A stretch of DNA of 64,000 bases from contig MU053934.1 in assembly GCA_013239625.1 (NCBI GenBank), positions 2,746,399-2,810,398 on the forward strand, read 5' to 3'. The stretch comes from Lama guanicoe. Its lineage: Eukaryota. This document shows positions 61,424-64,000 of this stretch, piece after piece. The stretch's first letter is position 1, and each line of letters begins with the position of its first letter. A program made the translations under genes and the position numbers. A model generated the notes under the pieces. The model was not told the origin of the DNA and ran no database searches. It saw nothing but the letters and a program-made list of their open reading frames with translations.

Positions 61424-64000
61424 GTGAGTGTGGGGGCGCTTCCCTCCCAGGGCCTCCTCACTGCTCCCGGCAGGCCTCGGGGGATGGAGGCCGGCCCTCC
61501 CGCAACACTTATCAATGTCAAAAGTTGAGGGGCTGGAGTTGAGTCAGAACCCAAATACTCAGAAATGAAGATTCTTAAAACTGTTTTGAGGAAACTCCAA
61601 ATAGTGCACAGACCAAGAGGCTCAGAGAGGGGGAGTGACTTTCCCAGGGTCACGCACAAGTGGATGGCGGAGTCTGGATGGGGAACTCAGGTGTCCTGGG
61701 GCCCAAGCTGGGCCTCGCTGCACCGCATTGCTCAGTAATGGCTTTTCATCTTCTGTTCAGAGTCACAGAATCTGGCTCGTTCTCCCTTTTTACCCAGGGC
61801 TTGGCTCAAATGTCACCTCCTCCAAGCAGCCTTCCCTGACAGCTCCCTCTGAACCCTCGCCATGTTTCCTTTTCATGTCGAGTCCTTACACTATTGGCAT
61901 ATTATTTTATACACACTTGTTTGTTTTCTTTATCACTGGCTCCTCCATTAGAAGCAAGTTCCACACAGTTTGTCTCTTTTGGTCTCTGTTGTACCCCCCG
62001 GGGACGTGAGCAATGCCAGCCTAGACTAAGTGCTCAGTAAATGCTGCTGAATGAATGAATGTATGAATGGATTGATCTTTGAGCTGGAAAATGTCCTTAG
62101 ATCCTTCTAGTCCAATCCTGTCATCATATGGATGAGGACACTGAGCCCCAGGGAGAATAAAGTATTTGCTCGGGGTCACGTGGAGTGAGAGGCAGGGCTG
62201 GGGCTTGGAGCAAGCCTCGCCAGGGCCTAGTGTGGTTTCTCGGGAGGTCTTTTCTGAGTATGTCCTCTGTTGCCTGGCCTGTGCTCCAAGCTTTGGGGGA
62301 ACCCAAGGACACAGGGCTTGTCTCCTTCCCTCCTGGAGTGGAACAGCAGGTGACATCAGGGAAGGAGAGTGCTAACAGTGTGGAGGTTACCTGCAGGGTC
62401 ACCAGAGATAGGTCAGGCTGGCCTGGGCCAAAGTGAACAGCAGGGGGCCCATGGTGGAGTCTGGGGCCAGGAGTGGAGCCGGGGGTGGAATTCCCAAAGG
62501 TCAAATGGCAGAAGGAAGGCTTGTCAGTATGCATGGAGGCAGGGGCAGCAGAAACCACTATTTGGAGAGTGAATCAAGAATGGCCTTCGAAAGCCACGGA
62601 GGGCGGTGCTGGGGGCTGGGGTGAGGTCGTCCCACCAGATCCCAGCCCCTCTGGTCCACAGGTTCTCATCAGAGGCTGTTCGGGCACACGAGCCCGAGCC
62701 TCCGGGAGACAGCTGCTGTTTGAGGCTGGTGGCACTTCCTGTTTTCAGGGCACATGGGCCACACAGGGGATTCCCAGAGCTGGCCACCTGGACAGTGGGT
62801 TCCCTCCCTCCCACTCCCCATCCCTCTTCAGCCACCCTTGCTCCTTCACAGAAGAAAGGCGCCCTGCTCCCCTCCTTCACGGGGCCAGAGAGCCAGGCCC
62901 TGGGGTCCCTTGGCCTCCCTGCACCTCAGATGTCAATTTGAAGGTGGTCCCTCAATGCTTGAGGCAGAAGCGGAGGATCCGATGGAGGTTGATGGATTTC
63001 GGCAGCAGGACTTTCTAAGGCCTGAGATGTCTAAGATGGCAAGGACTGCCATGAGGATAGCGACTTTGCTTCCAACAAACATGTTTTGAGCACCTACTGT
63101 ATGCAGCAGGCACAAAACCTGAATGGGCTGTCGCCCCATGGTCTTTCCGCCCCTCGTTCAGGCTCCAAAATGGACTTCTCATGAACAACATAAGCCCATG
63201 GGCCCTGAGTCGACTTCAGCTTGGAGGGGCCCTGGCTCAGGTCTCTAGGGGAGCGGCTGGTTGATTCCAGCTGGGTTTGCGGCACCCCTGTCCTCGCCCC
63301 GCCCCAGTGCAGCAGCTTCCTGGCTCCGGGGACCCCTCCCTTCCTCCAGGCCGCCAGGCCATTCCCACAAAGCCTTCCAGCGGACTTGCTGAAACGCAGA
63401 TGCAGGGAGTGACCCTGGGTGGAGCGCCTACCAGGTAACAGTGCTGTTCTGGGCGCTGGGGATGCAGCAGTGAGCAGCGCCCCTGTTCTCATGGGGATTC
63501 TCCAGCTGTGCTTTTACAGATATGACCTCCGAACCCTCCAAGGATGTAACTACTTCTACAGTCCCCATTTTGGAGTGGGGAAGGGGCTGGAGCACAGAGA
63601 GGAGTCTTTCCAAGTCTGTTGACCTTGGCAATGGCAGAGCGGGGACCTGGGTCTTCATCTTTCACCTGTGCCCTCCTGCTCTGTGACACACAGGCCCGCT
63701 GATACCCTCCCGACATAACCCCTTCACCCCACCACCCCAGGGCGAGGCACAAGGGCCCTCTGTGAGCAGACCCTGCCTGTCTTGCTGGCTTCATCCCTCA
63801 TAACGTGCCCCCTCTTGCACGACTGGGGCCTTTGCCCTCACTCTTTCCCTTGCCTGCTGTCATCCTGGGACCAAATCTTCTTTGTTTCTTCCATTGACCT
63901 GGTGCCACTTCTTCTGGGAAGCCCTCCCTGACCACCTTCGGTCTGAGAGAGCCTTGCCTTCCTACATGCACAGCATCTTGCTTCTCTCTCTGACAAATGT

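Noticed and set aside
62900..63090. Coding-looking stretch (…EAEDPMEVDGFRQQDF…) considered as NCF4 exon 2
   Set aside because: Does not match the expected p40phox continuation ([21 protein letters not shown]); exon 2 probably lies past the window end.
1..64000. CRISPR arrays, tRNA/rRNA genes, prokaryote-type systems, processed pseudogenes
   Set aside because: No regularly spaced repeat-spacer arrays, structural RNA genes, operon-like ORF clusters or recognisable retrocopies were seen.

Overview
Mammalian (eutherian) genomic DNA, most likely a cetartiodactyl and probably a camelid. This is inferred from the cattle-like parvalbumin sequence, the style of the L1 3' ends, and no recognisable Alu, Bov-tA or PRE-1 SINEs. 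The window holds the complete PVALB (alpha-parvalbumin) gene on the minus strand: non-coding exon 1 at ~20410-20477, coding exons 17984-18044, 16157-16289, 14754-14863 and 2886-2914 (333 nt, 110 aa, all GT-AG introns), and AATAAA at 2713-2718. After ~41 kb of repeat-rich intergenic DNA come the promoter and first coding exon of NCF4 (p40phox) on the plus strand (ATG at 61392), the same divergent order I recall for human chr22. The rest is mostly MIR, L2, L1 3' ends, MaLR/ERV LTRs, MER DNA transposons and microsatellites; repeat family names are from visual recognition only. Almost all ORFs in the supplied track are spurious. I found no convincing new protein-coding system. The best leads are non-coding: a near-perfect 61-nt hairpin 2.5 kb upstream of NCF4, an inverted pair of CTCF motifs plus an LTR-borne CTCF motif between the genes, a PVALB TATA box that is also a perfect CArG box, an octamer/half-MARE/MEF3 cluster in PVALB intron 1, and a three-LTR tandem MaLR element.
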